DNA from: Hypanus sabinus
Taxonomy: Eukaryota
NCBI RefSeq assembly: GCF_030144855.1
Contig: NC_082712.1
Location: 136,834,001-136,898,000 of the forward strand
Reading direction: 5' to 3'
DNA: 64,000 bases
The position numbers were made by a program, and so were the translations under genes. Under the pieces are notes generated by a model, which saw only the letters and a list, made by a program, of their open reading frames with translations, did not search any database and had not been told where the DNA came from. Below, piece after piece: positions 52,503 to 64,000 of this stretch. Numbering within the stretch: the stretch's first letter is position 1; the number at the start of each line of letters is the position of its first letter.

Positions 52503-53214
52503 TGTTACGAATTCCCGTAACTGGATAACTTACCAGCAAAGATAGAGAGGTCTGTTGAAGTCTGATGTCACTATTTTCAAACGTTTTATTCGTAAACGGA
52601 CACAAAAGTAGGATTAATACATACATTCAGATAGGGCACATTGTCAACACTCAATCTAAAGCGCGGGTATATTAATAATCATCATTATTAAGTGAGCTCT
52701 ACGGTTGTCTAGGGGGTAATAGATTGTCCGTTGGAAATATAAAAGTCACTCAGAAGGCTGCAGGCCTCAGCCCTTTGAAAATCGCTGGGTTTCATGTGGG
52801 GCGACCGAGAGAGAGAGATTGAGGGGAGAAGAGAAAGAACTTGCCGAGTCTCGATGAATCTTCCGTGAATTCGGGGGAGCGTTGGTTTCCTCTCCCCGAT
52901 GTTAGTTAAAGCGGTTTTCTGTGATTCCAGCCACAGATTCCAATCCCGGAATCTAACGCACGTGGCTTCCTTCAGAATGGCTTCCCGCTGCTGCGGGAAC
53001 ACTCTCGTGTCTTCTTGATGCGTCTGAGGGGCTGTCCCCCTGAGACTCTCCTTTATACTTCCTCACGGGGTCGCAGGTGTCAATCAGGTTGTGATGATGC
53101 AATCTCTCTCTCAACCAGCCCACCTTGCCCAAGGGCTTTTCACGTGGTCTCCATGAGACAATAGTCGCTGTTGTCTTTATTCTGTATCGCTGGTGGTACC
53201 TGCAATTTGGCACG

Positions 53215-53250
<36 letters not shown>

Positions 53251-53332
53251 CAACAGGGTCTACTGACACCCCCCCCCCCCCCCAACGGGTGCTCTTGCGA
53301 TTCTCACAAAGGAGGGGGCTGGGATCATAACA
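52503..53332. mobile_element. Solo-LTR-like element in the repeat unit (copy 1)
   Basis: TGTTACGA...TCATAACA inverted termini; flanks catg/cgtg resemble a 4-bp TSD with one mismatch; internal TATAAAA. Confidence 0.55.
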
Positions 53333-54846
53333 CGTGTAAAGAACTGCGTTGAAATTTATTGGTTATGGGCACCCAAGAAATGAAGGCAACAGAATAACAG
53401 AGTGTTGAAATGGACTGGCAGCTTGTATACAACAGCTGAAATTCACTATTCCAAATACTAATACTTGTCTCGTATATAATAATATTCGACTTTGACCCAA
53501 TAATGGATTTCAAGTAAAACATGTCCAGTACCATAATTACTTATTTGCATGCTAACTGGCCCCAAGATTTTACACAATACTTTCAACTCTTTATGATATT
53601 GAAAACTCCTCCAGTAAAAGTATTGTTCTAATCATCTGACCAACTGTGCCAGTTAAAAATTACACATTTCCCACCTAGAATTTGTCATCCAATCTCATCA
53701 CCCCCCTCGTTTAACTGCTGTTCTGCAGCAGAAAGCACCAGCTAAGAGAAATCCATAGCACAATGATTGAGAGATTTCCTCAGTGACATCGGGCGTATTT
53801 GTGCCACACTGCTTTGTTATTAACCATATATTCCAGCAAAGAACCCTCCAAGGCAAGCATATGCTACTAGCGTACAAAGGAATTTTAACTGCACACAAAT
53901 TATTGTCACCCTCTACCTCGTTAAGTATATTTCTCCATCGTACATAATCACATTCCCTTTTCTCGTTTCTGACTCACTGATGTGAATTATGTTATTTGTT
54001 TTAAACAAGAAATAACAAACAAAACTTGGTAGTTTATTATCCTTAGAACAGCTTCAGGTTTACTTCCACTTAAAAATTCAGTACTGTTGTCCCAGTGCAA
54101 AAAGACAGCACAGCACAAGATTTCTGCGCACAATGGTTATTACAAATTAGAGGGAACATTGCGTCCTATTCCTTTTATTCCTGAAAATCTGTAACATTAC
54201 CAGCCTCTATTACTCCCCAGCAATGGGCTACACCCAAGCCCTGCACCATTGCACTGGTTAGTGACCTCACTTGATCCAGCACTTTTCAGTGCCGGACATC
54301 AGAGGCCGATTCTGCACACTGTCTCCGTGGCTTCCTCTGCACCCCATCTGTGCACTGAGGGCATCATAGTGTATTCTCATTGATATGCCCGTTCTAGGCA
54401 CTCAGTATATGTAACTGTGGCCAAGATGCTACGCTCTGTTGGATAGCAGCAAATGATGTACTGGGGTCTTATCAGAATAAGGAGAGTCGATCTCATTGAA
54501 ATGTACAAAACTCTTATCTGTCTGGACAGGGATTAATGTGCAATTGATGTTTCAACTGGTTGATATAGCGAGGACAAGATATCAGTGTCTTACAGTTTGG
54601 ATATGAGAAAAAGATATTGTCAGTCAGAGCGGTGAGGAAGCTATGAACCCACAACCTTCAAGGCAAAAATTGAAAGATATTGGAAAATAAAGTCTGTGGG
54701 GCCAAAACAGGGATATGACACTGCAATAAATAAAACAAAGCCTGGCATGATCTCACTGAATAGAAAAGTAGCCATGAGAGGACAAATGGCTTAGACTGCT
54801 TCTCAGGGTACAATGTGATCACAGACTTGGTTAGAATGGTATTCAC

Positions 54847-55176
54847 CTCTTAACTGCAGACGGTAACTCGATGTCACAGGCTTGCTTGAAGTTTCAGAGT
54901 GAAGGAATTGCATTTTGAACTCTTTCCCATGATCTGCAGTCGTTGGTGTAAATGTCCACTGGGATGATCGTGAGTACAAACCACTGGAATCCTCTTTACT
55001 TGCTTCGGTGACTATTCCTACTTTTGATGGATTTTGAACTTTACTGAAATCTTTGAACCAGAATATCTGATTTCCTTCTGGATAAAATTCATAAGCCGTG
55101 CAGGAAAGTGTTAAAGACTTTCCTATTTCAGGGGAAGGTGGATCTGCCTTAATTTCCAAGATCTTTGGCAATGAAA
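54847..55176 (-). CDS. Multi-Ig gene, C1-set exon B (copy at 54.8 kb)
   Basis: Same splice sites and protein as the other B copies. Confidence 0.85.
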
Positions 55177-56071
55177 CTAGACATAAAAAAGGAAGAAAAA
55201 TAAGTTAAACTAAATATGCAATTTAGAGAAGATTACAATTTAAACCAAAACTGACAGGCATTTCTTAGTAAGTACTTCAAGACTGAAAACTATTAAAAGC
55301 AATGTAAAAAAAAAACAATTGCCATGTCTTTCCTGATTTGGATTATTATTTTATTTCTAATGATTGGATCTCACTGCTTTCTTGTGGGTTCTCAGCTGTT
55401 GGTGATTGCTCATTATCCTGTTGTTAAGCAATTAGCTTTCATCATCACGGCAGCCATCTTACATTGTTTTTATTTCACTTAGTAGTTAGAAGCACTGGTT
55501 ATTTGAATCTGCCTTTTATTAGAATACTAATATTTTAATTAAAAATAGATTCATTCAGGAGAGTTCTTTAAACTATCCTATATCCTTTTAATAGTGTGAA
55601 ACCTGTCAAACACCCTTGATAAGTATAGTCATATGGCGGCTAGTTTTGATCAAATAGTTTATAATTTTTACAATCAATAACAATTTAAAGTTTTATACTT
55701 TTCCCTCTTAACTATATCTATGCATTAACTTTTACTTCTTTGCCTACTAATCAATGAATTCACCCATTTTATAGAACATAGAATAGTACAACAATTTAAT
55801 TTCATTTAATTTCTTTCATTTTCTAAGGAAATCTCTGTTCAATCAAATCAACCATGTTCACTTTCCTTTGCAATAATACAATTAGCCTGTAGGCTTTGCA
55901 ACAGTTGGCTTTCTGTCTTAGTAAACGGATGCCAAAGTATTACAAGGGTATGTCCCAGTACCAACAGTTATCATTAGACGGCCATCTTTTATGAATTTCA
56001 AATTGATTGTAGAAAAAAACAATTTCAGAAGCAAAAAGTGATCATGCTTTAGTTAAAAACCTGTTACTTAC

Positions 56072-56383
56072 TCACTTCACCAGCTACCCAATGAGTCTCT
56101 TTTGGCTTTGATAAGCTCTCATGTGTGACTTGGCATGTGTATTTTGTCCTAGCGTCAGCAATGGTGAGAACAATCTTCACATTAGCTGTCAGCTGATAGA
56201 GTTCATCCTGTCCAGTTTCTGCTTTATTAACTACAGAATTTTGTTGAATATCTGAGCCATCTTTGAGCCATTTAACAGTGATATCTCTGGGGAAAAATGA
56301 ACTTATTTGACAGCTTAAGTTCACGGGCTCTTTTGCAATTGGTTTTGCTGTGTTACACTTTATAGTGCCCAGTTTTGGAGGAG
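56072..56383 (-). CDS. Multi-Ig gene, C1-set exon A (copy at 56.1 kb; GSDIQQ variant)
   Basis: Same splice sites as the other A copies, with one E>D substitution. Confidence 0.88.
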
Positions 56384-56810
56384 CTGGAAGAGAAAAAAAA
56401 GGTTTCAAACATTAGCAGATTTTTAGAAGTGGGGAATTAGATAGTGCGCTTTCCATATGTAATTATTTATAGCTTTGATAACTTTGGAAAAAGACATAAA
56501 AATAATTATTAAATGTTTATTAAATTAAATCAGTGTAATCCTACCCTATTGATTTAGCTTGCTATATTCCTAAATTATCTCAAATCATTTCCCTTGTAAC
56601 ATTATTACTACCTTGTAACAATAAGAGAACTATGGTATCAAGACAATGCATTCACCAGAGGAGCCTCCAAATCAAATAAGCAATCTGGATCCTTTTTCGG
56701 ATCCAGGGTTACTGCTTTCTCTTGCTTGTCGTTAGTGGAGTGGTGCAGTATGCTACATAAGTACTACGAGTTCTGGTCTGTATTTTGCTCTGTGTGTGTA
56801 TTTTATCATG

Positions 56811-57521
56811 TGTTACGAATTCCCGTAACTGGATAACTTACCAGCAAAGATAGAGAGGTCTGTTGAAGTCTGATGTCACTATTTTCAAACGTTTTATTCG
56901 TAAACGGACACAAAAGTAGGATTAATACATACATTCAGATAGGGCACATTGTCAACACTCAATCTAAAGCGCGGGTATATTAATAATCATCATTATTAAG
57001 TGAGCTCTACGGTTGTCTAGGGGGTAATAGATTGTCCGTTGGAAATATAAAAGTCACTCAGAAGGCTGCAGGCCTCAGCCCTTTGAAAATCGCTGGGTTT
57101 CATGTGGGCGACCGAGAGAGAGAGATTGAGGGGAGAAGAGAAAGAACTTGCCGAGTCTCGATGAATCTTCCGTGAAATCGGGGGAGCGTTGGTTTCCTCT
57201 CCCCGATGTTAGTTAAAGCGGTTTTCTGTGATTCCAGCCACAAATTCCAATCCCGGAATCTAACGCACGTGGCTTCCTTCAGAATGGCTTCCCGCTGCTG
57301 CGGGAACACTCTCGTGTCTTCTTGATGCGTCTGAGGGGCTGTCCCCCTGAGACTCTCCTTTATACTTCCTCACGGGGTCGCAGGTGTCAATCAGGTTGTG
57401 ATGATGCAATCTCTCTCTCAACCAGCCCACCTTGCCCAAGGGCTTTTCACGTGGTCTCCATGAGACAATAGTCGCTGTTGTCTTTATTCTGTATCGCTGG
57501 TGGTACCTGCAATTTGGCACG

Positions 57522-57553
<32 letters not shown>

Positions 57554-57636
57554 CGACAGGGTCTACTGACACCCCCCCCCCCACTTCAACGGGTGCTCTT
57601 GCGATTCTCACAAAGGAGGGGGCTGGGATCATAACA
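56811..57636. mobile_element. Solo-LTR-like element in the repeat unit (copy 2)
   Basis: Same termini and flanks as copy 1. Confidence 0.55.
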
Positions 57637-59150
57637 CGTGTAAAGAACTGCGTTGAAATTTATTGGTTATGGGCACCCAAGAAATGAAGGCAACAGAATA
57701 ACAGAGTGTTGAAATGGACTGGCAGCTTGTATACAACAGCTGAAATTCACTATTCCAAATACTAATACTTGTCTCGTATATAATAATATTCGACTTTGAC
57801 CCAATAATGGATTTCAAGTAAAACATGTCCAGTACCATAATTACTTATTTGCATGCTAACTGGCCCCAAGATTTTACACAATACTTTCAACTCTTTATGA
57901 TATTGAAAACTCCTCCAGTAAAAGTATTGTTCTAATCATCTGACCAACTGTGCCAGTTAAAAATTACACATTTCCCACCTAGAATTTGTCATCCAATCTC
58001 ATCACCCCCCTCGTTTAACTGCTGTTCTGCAGCAGAAAGCACCAGCTAAGAGAAATCCATAGCACAATGATTGAGAGATTTCCTCAGTGACATCGGGCGT
58101 ATTTGTGCCACACTGCTTTGTTATTAACCATATATTCCAGCAAAGAACCCTCCAAGGCAAGCATATGCTACTAGCGTACAAAGGAATTTTAACTGCACAC
58201 AAATTATTGTCACCCTCTACCTCGTTAAGTATATTTCTCCATCGTACATAATCACATTCCCTTTTCTCGTTTCTGACTCACTGATGTGAATTATGTTATT
58301 TGTTTTAAACAAGAAATAACAAACAAAACTTGGTAGTTTATTATCCTTAGAACAGCTTCAGGTTTACTTCCACTTAAAAATTCAGTACTGTTGTCCCAGT
58401 GCAAAAAGACAGCACAGCACAAGATTTCTGCGCACAATGGTTATTACAAATTAGAGGGAACATTGCGTCCTATTCCTTTTATTCCTGAAAATCTGTAACA
58501 TTACCAGCCTCTATTACTCCCCAGCAATGGGCTACACCCAAGCCCTGCACCATTGCACTGGTTAGTGACCTCACTTGATCCAGCACTTTTCAGTGCCGGA
58601 CATCAGAGGCCGATTCTGCACACTGTCTCCGTGGCTTCCTCTGCACCCCATCTGTGCACTGAGGGCATCATAGTGTATTCTCATTGATATGCCCGTTCGA
58701 GGCACTCAGTATATGTAACTGTGGCCAAGATGCTACGCTCTGTTGGATAGCAGCAAATGATGTACTGGGGTCTTATCAGAATAAGGAGAGTCGATCTCAT
58801 TGAAATGTACAAAACTCTTATCTGTCTGGACAGGGATTAATGTGCAATTGATGTTTCAACTGGTTGATATAGCGAGGACAAGATATCAGTGTCTTACAGT
58901 TTGGATATGAGAAAAAGATATTGTCAGTCAGAGCTGTGAGGAAGCTATGAACCCACAACCTTCAAGGCAAAAATTGAAAGATATTGGAAAATAAAGTCTG
59001 TGGGGCCAAAACAGGGATATGACACTGCAATAAATAAAACAAAGCCTGGCATGATCTCACTGAATAGAAAAGCAGCCATGAGAGGACAAATGGCTTAGAC
59101 TGCTTCTCAGGGTACAATGTGATCACAGACTTGGTTAGAATGGTATTCAC

Positions 59151-59480
59151 CTCTTAACTGCAGACGGTAACTCGATGTCACAGGCTTGCTTGAAGTTTCA
59201 GAGTGAAGGAATTGCATTTTGAACTCTTTCCCATGATCTGCAGTCGTTGGTGTAAATGTCCACTGGGATGATCGTGAGTACAAACCACTGGAATCCTCTT
59301 TACTTGCTTCGGTGACTATTCCTACTTTTGATGGATTTTGAACTTTACTGAAATCTTTGAACCAGAATATCTGATTTCCTTCTGGATAAAATTCATAAGC
59401 CGTGCAGGAAAGTGTTAAAGACTTTCCTATTTCAGGGGAAGGTGGATCTGCCTTAATTTCCAAGATCTTTGGCAATGAAA
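59151..59480 (-). CDS. Multi-Ig gene, C1-set exon B (copy at 59.2 kb)
   Basis: Same splice sites and protein as the other B copies. Confidence 0.85.
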
Positions 59481-60376
59481 CTAGACATAAAAAAGGAAGA
59501 AAAATAAGTTAAACTAAATATGCAATTTAGAGAAGATTACAATTTAAACCAAAACTGACAGGCATTTCTTAGTAAGTACTTCAAGACTGAAAACTATTAA
59601 AAGCAATGTAAAAAAAAAAACAATTGCCATGTCTTTCCTGATTTGGATTATTATTTTATTTCTAATGATTGGATCTCACTGCTTTCTTGTGGGTTCTCAG
59701 CTGTTGGTGATTGCTCATTATCCTGTTGTTAAGCAATTAGCTTTCATCATCACGGCAGCCATCTTACATTGTTTTTATTTCACTTAGTAGTTAGAAGCAC
59801 TGGTTATTTGAATCTGCCTTTTATTAGAATACTAATATTTTAATTAAAAATAGATTCATTCAGGAGAGTTCTTTAAACTATCCTATATCCTTTTAATAGT
59901 GTGAAACCTGTCAAACACCCTTGATAAGTATAGTCATATGGCGGCTAGTTTTGATCAAATAGTTTATAATTTTTACAATCAATAACAATTTAAAGTTTTA
60001 TACTTTTCCCTCTTAACTATATCTATGCATTAACTTTTACTTCTTTGCCTACTAATCAATGAATTCACCCATTTTATAGAACATAGAATAGTACAACAAT
60101 TTAATTTCATTTAATTTCTTTCATTTTCTAAGGAAATCTCTGTTCAATCAAATCAACCATGTTCACTTTCCTTTGCAATAATACAATTAGCCTGTAGGCT
60201 TTGCAACAGTTGGCTTTCTGTCTTAGTAAACGGATGCCAAAGTATTACAAGGGTATGTCCCAGTACCAACAGTTATCATTAGACGGCCATCTTTTATGAA
60301 TTTCAAATTGATTGTAGAAAAAAACAATTTCAGAAGCAAAAAGTGATCATGCTTTAGTTAAAAACCTGTTACTTAC

Positions 60377-60688
60377 TCACTTCACCAGCTACCCAATGAG
60401 TCTCTTTTGGCTTTGATAAGCTCTCATGTGTGACTTGGCATGTGTATTTTGTCCTAGCGTCAGCAATGGTGAGAACAATCTTCACATTAGCTGTCAGCTG
60501 ATAGAGTTCATCCTGTCCAGTTTCTGCTTTATTAACTACAGAATTTTGTTGAATTTCTGAGCCATCTTTGAGCCATTTAACAGTGATATCTCTGGGGAAA
60601 AATGAACTTATTTGACAGCTTAAGTTCACGGGCTCTTTTGCAATTGGTTTTGCTGTGTTACACTTTATAGTGCCCAGTTTTGGAGGAG
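60377..60688 (-). CDS. Multi-Ig gene, C1-set exon A (copy at 60.4 kb)
   Basis: Acceptor ttctcttccag, donor A|gtaagt, 312 bp, phase 1-1. Encodes APPKLGTIKC...VNLSCQISSFFPRDITVKWLKDG...YTCQVTHESL...WVAGEV, a canonical C1-set signature. Confidence 0.88.
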
Positions 60689-61115
60689 CTGGAAGAGAAA
60701 AAAAAGGTTTTAAACATTAGCAGATTTTTAAAAGTGGGGAATTAGATAGTGCGCTTTCCATATGTAATTATTTATAGCTTTGATAACTTTGGAAAAAGAC
60801 ATAAAAATAATTATTAAATGTTTATTAAATTAAATCAGTGTAATCCTACCCTATTGATTTAGCTTGCTATATTCCTAAATTATCTCAAATCATTTCCCTT
60901 GTAACATTATTACTACCTTGTAACAATAAGAGAAATATAGTATCAAGACAATGCATTCACCAGAGGAGCCTCCAAATCAAATAAGCAATCTGGATCCTTT
61001 TTCGGATCCAGGGTTACTGCTTTCTCTTGCTTGTCGTTAGTGGAGTGGTGCAGTATGCTACATAAGTACTACGAGTTCTGGTCTGTATTTTGCTCTGTGT
61101 GTGTATTTTATCATG

Positions 61116-61827
61116 TGTTACGAATTCCCGTAACTGGATAACTTACCAGCAAAGATAGAGAGGTCTGTTGAAGTCTGATGTCACTATTTTCAAACGTTTT
61201 ATTCGTAAACGGACACAAAAGTAGGATTAATACATACATTCAGATAGGGCACATTGTCAACACTCAATCTAAAGCGCGGGTATATTAATAATCATCATTA
61301 TTAAGTGAGCTCTACGGTTGTCTAGGGGGTAATAGATTGTCCGTTGGAAATATAAAAGTCACTCAGAAGGCTGCAGGCCTCAGCCCTTTGAAAATCGCTG
61401 GGTTTCATGTGGGGCGACCGAGAGAGAGAGATTGAGGGGAGAAGAGAAAGAACTTGCCGAGTCTCGATGAATCTTCCGTGAAATCGGGGGAGCGTTGGTT
61501 TCCTCTCCCCGATGTTAGTTAAAGCGGTTTTCTGTGATTCCAGCCACAGATTCCAATCCCGGAATCTAACGCACGTGGCTTCCTTCAGAATGGCTTCCCG
61601 CTGCTGCGGGAACACTCTCGTGTCTTCTTGATGCGTCTGAGGGGCTGTCCCCCTGAGACTCTCCTTTATACTTCCTCACGGGGTCGCAGGTGTCAATCAG
61701 GTTGTGATGATGCAATCTCTCTCTCAACCAGCCCACCTTGCCCAAGGGCTTTTCACGTGGTCTCCATGAGACAATAGTCGCTGTTGTCTTTATTCTGTAT
61801 CGCTGGTGGTACCTGCAATTTGGCACG

Positions 61828-61859
<32 letters not shown>

Positions 61860-61940
61860 CGACAGGGTCTACTGACACCCCCCCCCACTTCAACGGGTGC
61901 TCTTGCGATTCTCACAAAGGAGGGGGCTGGGATCATAACA
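61116..61940. mobile_element. Solo-LTR-like element in the repeat unit (copy 3)
   Basis: Same termini and flanks as copy 1. Confidence 0.55.
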
Positions 61941-63454
61941 CGTGTAAAGAACTGCGTTGAAATTTATTGGTTATGGGCACCCAAGAAATGAAGGCAACAG
62001 AATAACAGAGTGTTGAAATGGACTGGCAGCTTGTATACAACAGCTGAAATTCACTATTCCAAATACTAATACTTGTCTCGTATATAATAATATTCGACTT
62101 TGACCCAATAATGGATTTCAAGTAAAACATGTCCAGTACCATAATTACTTATTTGCATGCTAACTGGCCCCAAGATTTTACACAATACTTTCAACTCTTT
62201 ATGATATTGAAAACTCCTCCAGTAAAAGTATTGTTCTAATCATCTGACCAACTGTGCCAGTTAAAAATTACACATTTCCCACCTAGAATTTGTCATCCAA
62301 TCTCATCACCCCCCTCGTTTAACTGCTGTTCTGCAGCAGAAAGCACCAGCTAAGAGAAATCCATAGCACAATGATTGAGAGATTTCCTCAGTGACATCGG
62401 GCGTATTTGTGCCACACTGCTTTGTTATTAACCATATATTCCAGCAAAGAACCCTCCAAGGCAAGCATATGCTACTAGCGTACAAAGGAATTTTAACTGC
62501 ACACAAATTATTGTCACCCTCTACCTCGTTAAGTATATTTCTCCATCGTACATAATCACATTCCCTTTTCTCGTTTCTGACTCACTGATGTGAATTATGT
62601 TATTTGTTTTAAACAAGAAATAACAAACAAAACTTGGTAGTTTATTATCCTTAGAACAGCTTCAGGTTTACTTCCACTTAAAAATTCAGTACTGTTGTCC
62701 CAGTGCAAAAAGACAGCACAGCACAAGATTTCTGCGCACAATGGTTATTACAAATTAGAGGGAACATTGCGTCCTATTCCTTTTATTCCTGAAAATCTGT
62801 AACATTACCAGCCTCTATTACTCCCCAGCAATGGGCTACACCCAAGCCCTGCACCATTGCACTGGTTAGTGACCTCACTTGATCCAGCACTTTTCAGTGC
62901 CGGACATCAGAGGCCGATTCTGCACACTGTCTCCGTGGCTTCCTCTGCACCCCATCTGTGCACTGAGGGCATCATAGTGTATTCTCATTGATATGCCCGT
63001 TCGAGGCACTCAGTATATGTAACTGTGGCCAAGATGCTACGCTCTGTTGGATAGCAGCAAATGATGTACTGGGGTCTTATCAGAATAAGGAGAGTCGATC
63101 TCATTGAAATGTACAAAACTCTTATCTGTCTGGACAGGGATTAATGTGCAATTGATGTTTCAACTGGTTGATATAGCGAGGACAAGATATCAGTGTCTTA
63201 CAGTTTGGATATGAGAAAAAGATATTGTCAGTCAGAGCTGTGAGGAAGCTATGAACCCACAACCTTCAAGGCAAAAATTGAAAGATATTGGAAAATAAAG
63301 TCTGTGGGGCCAAAACAGGGATATGACACTGCAATAAATAAAACAAAGCCTGGCATGATCTCACTGAATAGAAAAGCAGCCATGAGAGGACAAATGGCTT
63401 AGACTGCTTCTCAGGGTACAATGTGATCACAGACTTGGTTAGAATGGTATTCAC

Positions 63455-63784
63455 CTCTTAACTGCAGACGGTAACTCGATGTCACAGGCTTGCTTGAAGT
63501 TTCAGAGTGAAGGAATTGCATTTTGAACTCTTTCCCATGATCTGCAGTCGTTGGTGTAAATGTCCACTGGGATGATCGTGAGTACAAACCACTGGAATCC
63601 TCTTTACTTGCTTCGGTGACTATTCCTACTTTTGATGGATTTTGAACTTTACTGAAATCTTTGAACCAGAATATCTGATTTCCTTCTGGATAAAATTCAT
63701 AAGCCGTGCAGGAAAGTGTTAAAGACTTTCCTATTTCAGGGGAAGGTGGATCTGCCTTAATTTCCAAGATCTTTGGCAATGAAA
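63455..63784 (-). CDS. Multi-Ig gene, C1-set exon B (copy at 63.5 kb)
   Basis: Acceptor tttatgtctag, donor G|gtgaat, 330 bp, phase 1-1. Encodes SLPKILEIK...LTLSCTAYEFYPEGNQIFWFK...GLYSRSSQW...YRLQLR. Confidence 0.85.
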
Positions 63785-64000
63785 CTAGACATAAAAAAGG
63801 AAGAAAAATAAGTTAAACTAAATATGCAATTTAGAGAAGATTACAATTTAAACCAAAATTGACAGGCATTTCTTAGTAAGTACTTCAAGACTGAAAACTA
63901 TTAAAAGCAATGTAAAAAAAAACAATTGCCATGTCTTTCCTGATTTGGATTATTATTTTATTTCTAATGATTGGATCTCACTGCTTTCTTGTGGGTTCTC

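Larger units (their letters stand above)
43357..64000. repeat. Tandem array of a 4,304-bp unit (exon A + exon B + introns), at least 3.5 copies, running off the window
   Basis: Exon B copies are spaced 4304 and 4304 bp apart; the first spacing is 9615 bp because of an L1 insertion. Copies are nearly identical from about 45050 onward, with only scattered SNPs and indels. Confidence 0.95.

Noticed and set aside
52709-62506. Repeated short ORFs in each unit (MFPQQREA..., MPNCRYHQ..., MVLDMFYL..., MCAVKIPL..., MNTILTKS...)
   Set aside because: They recur only because the DNA is duplicated. They have no domain signature or convincing splice context.
45232-63784. Array as an antibody heavy-chain (IgW/IgNAR/IgM) constant region
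   Set aside because: No V/D/J segments, RSS, recognisable secretory tailpiece or Ig TM exon in the window, and the A-B alternation with the missing Cys is atypical. It cannot be fully excluded without the upstream sequence.
1-64000. CRISPR arrays, rRNA/tRNA genes or prokaryotic operons
   Set aside because: There are no short regularly spaced repeats with unique spacers and no rRNA or intact tRNA. The sequence is spliced eukaryotic DNA, and the tRNA-like bits belong to SINEs.

Overview
Repeat-rich vertebrate genomic DNA. The CR1/Penelope repeat content and the B7-like gene suggest a cartilaginous fish, but this is inference. Two immunoglobulin-superfamily genes lie head-to-tail on the minus strand. 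(1) At the left is the 5' part of a B7-H6/NCR3LG1-like gene: a CpG-rich region, a leader exon (9142-9217) and an Ig V exon (381-737), running off the left edge. (2) At the right is the 3' part of an unusual multi-Ig gene whose C1-set exons come as an A+B pair (312 + 330 bp, all phase 1-1). The pair is amplified as a near-identical 4,304-bp tandem unit, with at least 3.5 copies and the array running off the right edge. It is followed by duplicated candidate micro-exons and a divergent terminal Ig exon with a poly(A) signal; no transmembrane exon was found. One unit carries a young L1 with an intact 1269-aa ORF2 and a 12-bp TSD. Each complete B-to-A intron carries a solo-LTR-like element. The rest is mobile DNA: CR1 LINEs (one apparently full length, splitting an endogenous-retrovirus env remnant), Penelope-like elements, hAT, Tigger-like and Helitron elements, SINEs and other LINE fragments. 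There is a 148-N gap at 38113-38260. All exon calls come from manual reading of splice sites and reading frames; no database searches were run.
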